Assembly: GCA_963806225.1 (NCBI GenBank)
Contig: CAWDXG010000004.1
Span: 1,696,001 to 1,760,000, forward strand
Direction of reading: 5' to 3'
From: an uncultured delta proteobacterium
Lineage (GTDB): Bacteria; Myxococcota_A; Polyangia; Polyangiales; Polyangiaceae
Length of the DNA: 64,000 nt
Under the pieces are notes generated by a model that was given only the letters and a program-made list of their open reading frames with translations, was not told where the DNA came from and searched no databases. Within the stretch, counting starts at the first letter, position 1. Every line of letters begins with the position of its first letter. The position numbers were made by a program, and so were the translations under genes. Shown in pieces: positions 52,600-62,045 of the stretch.

Positions 52600-52998
52600 T
52601 CAGGCCTTGCCGGCGGCGCCGGCCCCGCTCTGCTTCCCGGCTTCTTCCTCGGTGATCTCCCGCCGGACCTCGTCCATGTCGAGGGCCTTGGCCTGCTCGA
52701 TCACGTTCTCCAGGGCGGAAGCCGGGAGCGCACCGGGCTGGGAGAAGATGCCGATCTTCTCCTTGAACACGACCAGCGTCGGGATCGCCTGGATGCCGAA
52801 CATCGCCGCCAGCTCCTGCTGTTCTTCGGTGTTGACCTTCCCGAAAGCGACATTCTCGTGCTTCTGGGCCGCCTTCTCGAACACCGGAGCGAAGACGCGG
52901 CATGGGCCGCACCAGGTCGCCCAGAAGTCGATCAGCACCAGATCGTGCGAGTCGATGATCTGCTCGAAGTTGTCTTTCGTTAGCTCGATAGGTCCCAC
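52600..52998 (-). CDS. trxA: Thioredoxin
   Basis: IDFWATWCGPCR active site; GIQAIPTL. Confidence 0.93.
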   Translation of the reverse strand: MGPIELTKDNFEQIIDSHDLVLIDFWATWCGPCRVFAPVFEKAAQKHENVAFGKVNTEEQQELAAMFGIQAIPTLVVFKEKIGIFSQPGALPASALENVIEQAKALDMDEVRREITEEEAGKQSGAGAAGKA

Positions 52999-53147
52999 TT
53001 GATACCTCGCAAGGGCTCGGGTCTCGGTCCAGACGCGGGCGCCACCGACCGCGCTTCAGATGTCGAACCTATGGGTTGGACCCGAACCGCACGAAAACGG
53101 TTCGCGTGGGCGTTTCCCGCTCGTTGTGGCAGCTCGCTCTGGATCCG

Positions 53148-54428
53148 TCAGCGGAAACCGGCCACGAGCTCGCGCGCTTCGACGATGTTGTCCTCGATCG
53201 AGCAGTAGGTCCAGCCGCCGTAGCGCCCGATCGAGTACACGCCGTGGTCGGCGAGGCGCGCTCGCAGACGGTCGCGCTCGGCATTCGATGCCCGGTTGAT
53301 GTGCACGTAGGCCGGATCCATGACCACCGAGTGCCAGGCGACAAGCCGGTGCTCGTCGGTGACGCCCGCGCGCTGGAGATCCTCGAGCACGCGCTTCCGG
53401 CTGGCTTCCACGTCGACCTCCGCATCCGCGGCGAGTCCGAGTTCGACGTACACGCTGAGCCGATCGCTCTCGAAGATATTGTCGTAGAACCCGACGCGAT
53501 AGAACGACAGCTCCCGATCCGGGTAGTAGATCCAGTGGACCCCCCGGGGGCCCTTCCGGTCGAAGCCCAGATTGAACACCAGGACCTTGTTCCAACTGAA
53601 CACGCTGGCGTCGTACTGGAGGCCCGTCAACGGAATGAAGCGACCGAGCGGCGCTGACGACACCAGCCGCTCGAAGTGGATCTCGCGCTTCGACGTGCGG
53701 GCGACCTGGCGCTCCAGGTCCACCCCCACGAGCGGTTCCCGGAGCGCGATCCGATCGTCCGGCACAACGCTCGCCAGCGCCTTGACGTACTCGAAGGCGC
53801 CGCCCTCCGGATAGGTGAACGTCGTGTTGTAGCTGGTGTTGTCCGCGCACTTCATGTTCCGGATCACGGAGGTGAGATCGGCGTGCGGGAAGAAGCGCCC
53901 CATCGCGTCGCGGTCCAGCTCCGCCAGATCGCATGCGTAGAGCTTCTCGTTGTACGGCACGAGGAAGCGCTCGCAGATCCCCCGCCCGAAGCGGGCGTAG
54001 AGCATCTGCTTGAAGTTGTCCTCGACCGCCGTGCCTTCGTCGCGCCCGAGCTGCTCGCCGGGCACCTGCGCGAAGTACAGATCATGCAGGCAGTCGATGA
54101 AGTCCTCTCTCGGCAGCTGGTGGATGTTCTTCTGGAACGGGAAATCGATGCGCGTGCCCCGGAAGTGGATGAAGGCCCGCTTTTCCACGCTGCGGACGCG
54201 CTGCCCGGGCATCCGGTCCCTCAGCCACGCCTCGATCTCCGGATGCTTGAAGTGGAAGAAATGCCCAGAGTAGTCCCAGACGAAGCCATCGCGATGGATG
54301 GTCTTGCAGTAGCCGCCGATCTCGCGATCCGCTTCCAGCACCAGGTAGTCGGCAGCCTCCCCCAGCGCCGCCGCCGTCGCCAGCCCGCTTACCCCGGCCC
54401 CCACGATAAGGGTATCGACAGAGTCCAT
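53148..54428 (-). CDS. FAD-dependent oxidoreductase (protoporphyrinogen oxidase / UDP-galactopyranose mutase-like family)
   Basis: [10 protein letters not shown]...[31 protein letters not shown]. Confidence 0.85.
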   Translation of the reverse strand: MDSVDTLIVGAGVSGLATAAALGEAADYLVLEADREIGGYCKTIHRDGFVWDYSGHFFHFKHPEIEAWLRDRMPGQRVRSVEKRAFIHFRGTRIDFPFQKNIHQLPREDFIDCLHDLYFAQVPGEQLGRDEGTAVEDNFKQMLYARFGRGICERFLVPYNEKLYACDLAELDRDAMGRFFPHADLTSVIRNMKCADNTSYNTTFTYPEGGAFEYVKALASVVPDDRIALREPLVGVDLERQVARTSKREIHFERLVSSAPLGRFIPLTGLQYDASVFSWNKVLVFNLGFDRKGPRGVHWIYYPDRELSFYRVGFYDNIFESDRLSVYVELGLAADAEVDVEASRKRVLEDLQRAGVTDEHRLVAWHSVVMDPAYVHINRASNAERDRLRARLADHGVYSIGRYGGWTYCSIEDNIVEARELVAGFR

Positions 54429-54546
54429 CGCGCGAACGGTAGCGGCTAGCTACCGTCCAGACAACGTCGCCGCACGGACCGGGCGCTGGACCGGGGCGCG
54501 ACGCGGGCGCTGGCTGCGCCCGGTCCACGGGGCCCGGTCGGCGACT

Positions 54547-56700
54547 TCAGGCTTGATCGCCGGAGCCGAGCATTTCGTGAACTGCGTTCGCCAGATCTTC
54601 GGGGGAGAACGGCTTGGCGATGAACTCCACCTGCTCCCGCCTGACGCCATGCCGGACCATCTCGTCGTCGGTGTAGCCGCTCATGTACAGCACGCGGGTC
54701 GCCGGGTGTTCCTGCACCACCCACGTCGCCAGCTCGTGCCCGCTCATGTGGGGCATCACCACGTCGGTGAGCAGCAGGTCGACCCGGCTGCGGGATATCC
54801 GGAGCAGCTTCTGCGCCTCCGGGCCATCCCGGGCTTCCAGTACCGTGTAGCCCTGCTGCTTCAGCGTGCGGGCGACGAGGCGTCTGAGTACCGCCTCGTC
54901 CTCGACGACCAGCACGGTCCCGCCCCCGGGGGTCGCCGACCGGACCCTGGCCGGCGTGCGCTCGCTCTCAGGCTCGAGCTCCGCGCGAGGGAAAGCCAGT
55001 GTGAACACGCTGCCCTTTCCCGGGGCGCTATCGACGAGCGCCAGGCCGCCGTTCTGCTTCATGATGGCGTAGACGGTTGCCAGTCCGAGCCCGGTCCCCT
55101 TGCCGCGCTCCTTCGTCGTGAAGAAGGGTTCGAAGACCCGCGCCCGGGTTGCTTCGTCCATGCCAGAGCCCGTGTCGCGCACAACCAGCGTTACCAGCTC
55201 CTCGCCCGCCACCCGCCCCGCACCGACGGCAATCGCGCCCCGCTGGACGTTGCAGGTCTCGATCAGCAACCTGCCGCCTTCAGGCATCGCATCGCGGGCG
55301 TTGACCGCGAGGTTCAGTACGACCTGCTCCACCTGCACGGGGTCGGTGCGGACGGGCCAGAGCCCTTCGGAAAGCTTCGTCTCCAGTTGGATGCTCTCCG
55401 GGATGACGCGCCGGAGCATGCCGTCCAGCTCCTTCACGACCTCGTTGAGGTCGAGCGTCCTGGGGCGGGCCAGGTCGCGGCGCCCGAAAGCCAACAGCTG
55501 CCGCGTCAGCGTGACCGCGCGATTCGTGACATCCAGAATAGCGCCCAGTGCTTCCCGCGTGCTCTCGCTCCCGGGCAGGTCACGTTGCAGGACGTCAAGG
55601 TAGCCCAGAGTAACGCCGAGCAGGTTGTTGAAATCATGCGCGATGCCTCCTGCCAGGCGCCCGATCGCGTCCATCTTCTGCGACTGGAGCAGCTGTTCCT
55701 CGAGTCGTGTCTTCTCGGTGATGTCGCGCGAGATGTTCTCGACGGCCAGCATCTTGCCGCTCTCGTCCAGCACCGGCACCATGCGTTGCTCGATCCACAC
55801 GGTGTGTCCGTCCCGATGTACCCAGCGCATGGTGATGGGCTCGTTCAGACCGGTAGGGCTTATCCGGGAAAGGCGCTCCAACGAGGCGCGGTCTTCGGGG
55901 TGGATAAGCTTCCAGTGCAGCTCGGGATCGTCGTAGAACGCCTGGGGCGGATAGCCCATGATGCTTTCCACGGCCGGGCTGATGTAGGCCATGTGCGGCT
56001 CGGGCAGCACCTCGTAACGGGAGACGATGTCATGCGCGTGCTCCGCCAGCATGCGGAAGCGCTGCTCGCTGGCCCTGAGGGCGGCCTCGGCCTGCTTCTG
56101 ATCGCTCACGTCGATGGAAGCACCGGTGACGAGCTGCGCGCGACCGTCAGGAGTCCGGTCCGCGACGGTCACCCAGTTGGAGAGCCAGGCATAGCTGCCG
56201 TCCGGTCGGCGGAAGCGCAGCTCGCTGTGCACCACGTCGTGCTCGTGCGCGGCGTCGTAGCGCGTGCCCAGCTCCCGGACTTTCTCGACGTCGTCGGGGT
56301 GCAGGAGCTCGACGAGCCAGTTGTCACCCAGCGCTTCGATCTCGCGCGGCCCGTAGCCGAGGCTCTCCAGGAGCCGGCGGTTCGTGTAGACGGTCCGCTT
56401 CTCGATGATGTTGTAGGCGAAGATCGTCGTCGGGCTGGCTTCGGCCAGATTCTCGAGGAAGCCCTCGCGCTCGCGGAGAGTCTCCGCGGTGCTGCGATGG
56501 ACTGCCTCCGCGCGCAGGATCGCTCTGCCCAGCGTAGCCCACAGCGCCAGCACCACGCCCAGCCCGATCCCGGCGATGGCCAAGGCGACCTGCCGCTCCT
56601 GCGCCAGCTCTGGATCCCAGGCAGCGACCCCGAGCGCGATCATCAAGAGACCGAGCCCGACCAGCCCAATCTCGAGAATCCGCCGCGACGAACCGCTCAT
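54547..56700 (-). CDS. Membrane-bound hybrid sensor kinase TM-PAS-PAS-HisKA-HATPase-REC
   Basis: Likely start ATG 56700 (MSGSSRRILEIG), 2 TM segments; GGIAHDFNN, NARDAM, GTGLGL, DVVMP. Confidence 0.93.
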   Translation of the reverse strand: MSGSSRRILEIGLVGLGLLMIALGVAAWDPELAQERQVALAIAGIGLGVVLALWATLGRAILRAEAVHRSTAETLREREGFLENLAEASPTTIFAYNIIEKRTVYTNRRLLESLGYGPREIEALGDNWLVELLHPDDVEKVRELGTRYDAAHEHDVVHSELRFRRPDGSYAWLSNWVTVADRTPDGRAQLVTGASIDVSDQKQAEAALRASEQRFRMLAEHAHDIVSRYEVLPEPHMAYISPAVESIMGYPPQAFYDDPELHWKLIHPEDRASLERLSRISPTGLNEPITMRWVHRDGHTVWIEQRMVPVLDESGKMLAVENISRDITEKTRLEEQLLQSQKMDAIGRLAGGIAHDFNNLLGVTLGYLDVLQRDLPGSESTREALGAILDVTNRAVTLTRQLLAFGRRDLARPRTLDLNEVVKELDGMLRRVIPESIQLETKLSEGLWPVRTDPVQVEQVVLNLAVNARDAMPEGGRLLIETCNVQRGAIAVGAGRVAGEELVTLVVRDTGSGMDEATRARVFEPFFTTKERGKGTGLGLATVYAIMKQNGGLALVDSAPGKGSVFTLAFPRAELEPESERTPARVRSATPGGGTVLVVEDEAVLRRLVARTLKQQGYTVLEARDGPEAQKLLRISRSRVDLLLTDVVMPHMSGHELATWVVQEHPATRVLYMSGYTDDEMVRHGVRREQVEFIAKPFSPEDLANAVHEMLGSGDQA

Positions 56701-56955
56701 CCCACACGCTCCCCCATCGAGACAGGAGCCGCTGCTCCCCACCCACCATGGCGCAGTCGCGCGCGATCGGTGATCTGCAAATGCACTTGCCCCCGCCCCA
56801 TATCCATCTAGCGCATCGAACATGGAACTGCAGCCCCGGGGCCCAACTCCGGCCGGGCAGCTCCTGCCCGGAGTCCGCCGCTCCGCCGGCTCGAATTGCC
56901 CGATTTCCGCGGGACTTGACCCCAATTGTCCCGCACGCCACCCTTCGCCGTCCCT

Positions 56956-57028
56956 GCCCCCGTAGCTCAGTGGATAGAGCAGCGGTTTCCTAAACCGTTG
57001 GTCGGACGTTCGAATCGTCTCGGGGGCG
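56956..57028 (+). tRNA. tRNA-Arg (anticodon CCT)
   Basis: Cloverleaf: GCCCCCG/CGGGGGC acceptor stem, GCTC/GAGC D-arm, GCGGT-TTCCTAA-ACCGT anticodon arm, GGACG-TTCGAAT-CGTCT T-arm; CCA not encoded. Confidence 0.97.
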
Positions 57029-57303
57029 CTACTTGCTGCCCACCCTCGTGCCCACCCTGGAGCGTCTGCAGGCCGGTCACGACGGCCGCCACGACCACGG
57101 TGGCCAGCTCGGTCGCTCGCGCACCGAAAGCGGTGAGGCAACCCGTGGTGCGGCGGCCGCCGCGAGCGTACCTCGCACAGCGGGGCCCCTTGCTCGACCG
57201 CGCCCGACGTGCCGACTGCACCCTCGATCAGACCGCGACCGCGGTGATATGCTGAACAGGTCTTGCCCCTGGTGCAGAGCTATTTCTTCCGCGGGAGTAT
57301 TCG

Positions 57304-58122
57304 ATGATCCATCGACGACTCGGACTCGCCTCGCTGGTCGTTATCGCTGTCCCGTTGGCGTGCGGCGGCAGCAATTCCAGCGGGCTTTTCGCTGCCGGCA
57401 GCGGGGGCGCCCATGGCGATGCTTCGGCAGGCACGGGCGGTTCGAGCGCCGGGGGCTCTGCAACGGGCGGCGTCAGCGCCGGCGGCTCGGGCACGGGCGG
57501 CAGCAGCACGGGCGGCTCGGGCACCGGCGGCTCGGGCACCGGCGGCTCGGGCACCGGCGGCTCGGCGGGCACCGGCGGCTCGGGCACCGGCGGCTCGGCG
57601 GGCACCGGCGGCTCGGGCACCGGCGGCTCGGCGGGCACCGGCGGCTCGGCGGGCACCGGCGGCTCGGGCACCGGCGGCTCGGGCACCGGCGGCTCGGGCA
57701 CCGGCGGCTCGGGTACCGGGGGGACCGCAGGCGGCGGAGGGACCGCTGGGAGCGGTACCGTGGCGATCCACTGCGGAAACTCGACCTGTGCCGGTCCGTC
57801 GCAGGTCTGCTGCGCCACGAGGGACAACAACACCCAATCGGCGACCTACAGCTGCATCGGCGCCCAGGACCAGTGCAGCTGCTCCGGCGCCGGCTGCATG
57901 GCGGCGACGCTGCGCTGCAATGGCCCTACAGATTGCCCCTCCAACGAAGTCTGTTGCGGGACCGTGAACACTACGGGCTATTCGACGACCGAATGCGCGA
58001 CGAGCTGCACGGGCAGCAACCACGTCGTGATCTGTCAGCCCAACGATCCAGTCATCTCCTGTCACAACGGCCAGAGCTGCCGTCCGAGCCAGGTCCTGTC
58101 TGGCTATTACTACTGCGGCTGA
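57304..58122 (+). CDS. Lipoprotein with (GGSGT/GGSAGT)n linker and Cys-rich C-terminal domain
   Basis: PLAC lipobox; Gly/Ser/Thr repeats; C-terminal CG..TC...QVCC...CNGPTDCPSNEVCC. Confidence 0.85.
   Translation: MIHRRLGLASLVVIAVPLACGGSNSSGLFAAGSGGAHGDASAGTGGSSAGGSATGGVSAGGSGTGGSSTGGSGTGGSGTGGSGTGGSAGTGGSGTGGSAGTGGSGTGGSAGTGGSAGTGGSGTGGSGTGGSGTGGSGTGGTAGGGGTAGSGTVAIHCGNSTCAGPSQVCCATRDNNTQSATYSCIGAQDQCSCSGAGCMAATLRCNGPTDCPSNEVCCGTVNTTGYSTTECATSCTGSNHVVICQPNDPVISCHNGQSCRPSQVLSGYYYCG
57481..57720 (+). repeat. Coding minisatellite of 15/18-bp units (GGCGGCTCG[GCG]GGCACC)
   Basis: Directly visible tandem repeat. Confidence 0.9.
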
Positions 58123-58144
58123 AACAGGCCGTCGGGTTGTGCCT

Positions 58145-58717
58145 ATGACTCCCCAGACCCAGGACACCGCGTTGCTGGTGATGGACGTTCAACCCGGTGT
58201 CCTCGAGCGGCTCGGGGACGGGAAGGACGAGTACCTTGCCCGGGCGAAGGCAGTTGTCGAGGAGGTGCGCCGCCGCGGGGGCCGCGTGTTCCACGTGGTC
58301 GTGGGCTTCCGCCCCGGCATGCCGGAAATCAGCGCCAACAACAAGGGGTTCAGTACGCTGTCGAAGGCGACGCCTTCCCTGTTGACGGATCCACGCCCAG
58401 CGATCACGCCGGAAGGCACAGACGTGGTCGTCACCAAGCGGCGGGTGAGTGCGTTCAGCGGCAGCGACCTGGACGTCCTGCTACGCGCCGGGCGCATCGG
58501 GCATCTCGTTCTGTGCGGGATCGCGACCAGCGGCGTCGTGCTCTCGACGTTGCGCGAAGCGGCGGACAAGGACTATCGGCTGACCGTGCTGTCGGATCTG
58601 TGCGCCGACCGCGACCCCGAAGTGCACGCAGTCCTGATCAACAAGTTGTTTCCCCGGCAGGCCGAAGTGATGACCAGCAGCGATTGGCTCGCCGGGCCCA
58701 GCCCCGCCGGCGGCTAG
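58145..58717 (+). CDS. Isochorismatase-family cysteine hydrolase
   Basis: ALLVMDVQ, VVTKRRVSAFSGSDL, CGIATSGVVLSTLREAADKDY. The usual catalytic Cys position reads V. Confidence 0.88.
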   Translation: MTPQTQDTALLVMDVQPGVLERLGDGKDEYLARAKAVVEEVRRRGGRVFHVVVGFRPGMPEISANNKGFSTLSKATPSLLTDPRPAITPEGTDVVVTKRRVSAFSGSDLDVLLRAGRIGHLVLCGIATSGVVLSTLREAADKDYRLTVLSDLCADRDPEVHAVLINKLFPRQAEVMTSSDWLAGPSPAGG

Positions 58718-60331
58718 CGCAGGCCCGGCGCTTCGTGGCCCGACTCGGCCACGTACTCGGTGTAACCGCCGCCGTAGGGCAAAGGCCCGTCGGGCGTGAG
58801 CTCGAGCACGCGGTTCGAGAGCGCGCCGAGGAACTGGCGATCGTGCGACACGAACAGCATCGTGCCCTCGAACGCGGCGAGCGCATCGAGCAGCATCTCC
58901 TTGGTGGCGATGTCCAGGTGGTTCGTCGGCTCGTCGAGCACCAGCAGGTTGGGCGGGTCGAACAGCATGAGAGCGAGGGCAACGCGCGCCTTCTCGCCGC
59001 CGCTGAGCACGCTGCACGATTTTCGGCCTCGTCGCCGGAGAAGCCGAAGGCGCCTGCCAGCGTGCGCAAGGTGCCAAGCGTGGCTAGCGGGAAGGCGTGC
59101 TGCAGCGTCTCGATCACGGTCTTCGACGCGTCCAGCGTCTCCATCGAGTGCTGGGCAAAGTAGCCGAGCTTGACGCTGGCGCCGATGGTCACGCTGCCGG
59201 CGTCCGGCTCGGTCACGCCGGCCACCAGCTTGAGCAGCGTGCTTTTGCCCGCGCCGTTCACGCCCATCACGCACCAGCGCTCGCCCCGGCGTACGAGCAG
59301 GTCGAAGTCGCGGTAGATGTGGTTTTCGCCCCAGCCCTTGCTCACGCCTTCGATCTTGACCACGTCGTCGCCGGAGCGCGGCGGCTGGCGGAAGTCGAAC
59401 TTGACGACCCGGCGCTGCTTGGGCGGCTCGACCTTGTCGATCTTCTCCAGCTTCTTCACGCGCGACTGCACCTGCGCGGCGTGGCTGGCGCGCGCCTTGA
59501 AGCGATCGATGAACGCCTGCTCTTGGCGAGCATCGCCTGCTGGCGCTCGTACTGCGCCTGCTTTTGTGCCTGGGCGAGCGCGCGCTGCTGCTCGTAGAAG
59601 TCGTAGTTGCCCGAGTAGGTGATGAGATCGCCGCCGTCGATCTCGACGATCTTCGTCACCAGCCGGTTGAGCAGCTCGCGGTCGTGCGAGGTGATCACGA
59701 GCCCACCGTCGAAGTCGCGCAGGAAGCGCTCGAGCCAGATGATCGACTCGATATCAAGGTGGTTCGTCGGCTCGTCGAGCAGCAGCACGTCCGGTCGCAT
59801 GAGCAGGATGCGGGCGAGCGCCACGCGCATCTTCCAGCCGCCGCTCAGCTTGCCCACGTCGTCTTCCAGCACGGTATCGGTGAAGCCGAGCCCGGCGAGG
59901 ATCTCCCGGGCGCGCGCTTCAAGCGCATAGCCGCCGAGCTCGTCGAAGCGCGCCTGCACCACGCCGAACCGCTCGACCAGCTGTTCAAGCTCGTCGGCGC
60001 GCGCGGGGTCGGCCATGGCGTGCTCGAGCTCGTGGAGCTCGTGGCCGACCTCGCTGACTTCGCCGGCGCCGCCCAGGGTCGCGTCGAGCACGCTCTGGCC
60101 CTGCATGTCGCCGACGTCCTGGCTGAAGTAGCCGATGGTCACGCCGCGATCGACGATGACGTTGCCGCCGTCCGGCTCTTCCTGGCGGACCAGCATCCGG
60201 AAGATCGTCGACTTCCCCGCGCCGTTCGGGCCCACGAGCCCTGCCTTCTCGCCCTTGAACACGCCCATCGACGCGTCGACGAACAGTAGCTGGCGGCCAT
60301 GGCGCTTGGAAACGGAGTCGAGTCGGATCAC
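58714..60331 (-). CDS. ABC-F family ATPase; frameshifts ~59522 and ~59022
   Basis: GPNGAGKST, LSGGWKMR, LLDEPTNHLD; second NBD GVNGAGKST, LSGGEKAR, LDEPTNHLD, VSHDR. Confidence 0.93.
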
Positions 60332-60400
60332 GGCGCGCGCAGAGTGACAGCTTCGCGCGCCCATGCAAGAGGAGCGGCTCGGCGGTCGGCGAAGCGGCGG

Positions 60401-61915
60401 CTAGGGGAGGTTGTTGGTGAGGTGCGCCCGCGCCGCCGTGAAGTGGAGAAAGTACGTGTAGCCGTCGCCGGCCACGCTGGGCGTTACAACGTTGTTCGCG
60501 CCGTTGGTGAGGATCGCGGGAGGATTGCCCCCCGTGCCCACATCGGGCTGCGTCGCATCCACCAAGTGGAAGCAGAGCGCAGTCGAACTGCAGCCGCCCA
60601 CGATTACGTCCAGCAGCGAATTGGTGCTGCACGAGTATGTCCGCGAACCCGAACACACACTCGAGGGCTGGCACGCGTTCGGGCCGAGGCAGAAATCCTG
60701 GGGCATCTGGGTGTGCGCCAGAGCATCCACGGTCACCACTCCGCATATGCCCTGGTCCGGGGCCGTCGCAGTGATGGTCTGGAATACCTGGAGCCCCGGA
60801 GCCAGGGTCGAGGGCGGCGCTCCGGGCACGTCCAGCGCCGGCGAGGCGTCGATCGTCGCCCGGAGCGTCGCGTTGAACGAATCGAGCACGTGGGCGGTCA
60901 AGTTGGTGACGAACTTGAGCTTGATCGGGCCAGGACCGCCGGAGAGCACGTGGGACGTGATCGAGGCGGGCGAGAAGACTTCTTTGGGCAGCTGCTGCGA
61001 GTCGAGACCGGTCGTCTCCGCCAGATACCACTCGTCGATGGCATTCGGGTCCCAGGTGTTCGGATACCTCGTGTCGATCGATCCCGCAATCGAGCCGAGC
61101 CGGAGGCTCGCTGCGTTCGCGCCCGTGAGATCGTCCAGCCCGCCGAGCGCAAGAAACCCGTTGAAGAAGCCGCCATCGATCGTGATCTTCGTGTTGTCGT
61201 CGTATTGCTTGATGACCTCGGCGGAAAACGCCGCGCCGAGCGCGTTGGCGCTGTGCACACAGAACGCGGGGGCAGGGTCCCTGCTGAAGTCGAAGGTCGT
61301 GTAGCGCATCACTGTCTCGTAGCGGCAGGTCGAGTCGCAGCCGTCGAGGTTCTTGGTGTTGCCGTCGTCGCACTGCTCGTTGCCGGCGATCACGCCGTCG
61401 CCGCACACGACTTTCTTGCAGTTCACGTCGCAGGTTGCGCTGTTGGGCGGCTCGCAGTCCTCGCCGGGCTCGACGACGTTGTTGCCGCACACGGGCTGCG
61501 TGCACGTGCCGCTCTTGCAGTAGCCGCCGGCTTTGCAGGCGGACTTTTCGGCGGGCCGCGTGCCGGCTTTGCATGCGCGGCCACCCGCAACGCTCTGGCA
61601 TGTCTCGACGCCGTTGCAGGGATTGCCGTCGTCGCAATCGCTATCCGTATGACAGCTGTAGTGGCAGTCCGCCTCGCAACCGCTGCCCGAGGCGTTGTCC
61701 GGGCCGTTGTCGCACTCGTCGTCGCCGTTGACGATGCCGTCGCCGCACACCGCGGCGGCGTCGGCGCCCGAGTCCCCCGTCACGCCGCCCTCCCCGCCCG
61801 ACCCGGCAGAGGGGTCGGACCCACTGCAGCCGATTGCACCAAGGCTTGCGGCGAGGGCCAGCGCGCATCCACGCACAACGCGCCCCGTCGAAAGCCCTTG
61901 CCTCGCTCGAGTCAT
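60401..61915 (-). CDS. Lipoprotein with myxobacterial cysteine-rich repeats (DUF4215-like)
   Basis: AIGC lipobox; CGDGIVNGDDECDNG, CDDGNPCNGVETC, CGNNVVEPGEDC, CGDGVIAGNEQCDDGN...DGCDSTC. Confidence 0.88.
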   Translation of the reverse strand: MTRARQGLSTGRVVRGCALALAASLGAIGCSGSDPSAGSGGEGGVTGDSGADAAAVCGDGIVNGDDECDNGPDNASGSGCEADCHYSCHTDSDCDDGNPCNGVETCQSVAGGRACKAGTRPAEKSACKAGGYCKSGTCTQPVCGNNVVEPGEDCEPPNSATCDVNCKKVVCGDGVIAGNEQCDDGNTKNLDGCDSTCRYETVMRYTTFDFSRDPAPAFCVHSANALGAAFSAEVIKQYDDNTKITIDGGFFNGFLALGGLDDLTGANAASLRLGSIAGSIDTRYPNTWDPNAIDEWYLAETTGLDSQQLPKEVFSPASITSHVLSGGPGPIKLKFVTNLTAHVLDSFNATLRATIDASPALDVPGAPPSTLAPGLQVFQTITATAPDQGICGVVTVDALAHTQMPQDFCLGPNACQPSSVCSGSRTYSCSTNSLLDVIVGGCSSTALCFHLVDATQPDVGTGGNPPAILTNGANNVVTPSVAGDGYTYFLHFTAARAHLTNNLP

Positions 61916-62045
61916 CTCCCACCCGATGTTGCCACGGTCGCGCTGCGGTCAACAACCGCTCGGGGTCGGCTGCGGCGCGTCTACGAATGGCTGCTGGGCT
62001 GAGCGGCCGCCATGCAGCTGCTCCGGCGCGGGCGGGACGTGCCGC

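Noticed and set aside
56701..57141. N-terminal extension of the 864-aa kinase ORF
   Set aside because: It overlaps the tRNA-Arg gene on the opposite strand; ATG 56700 is the plausible start.
57481..57720. GGSGT minisatellite as a novel element
   Set aside because: Gly/Ser/Thr linkers after lipoboxes recur in several genes here and are ordinary for this lineage.
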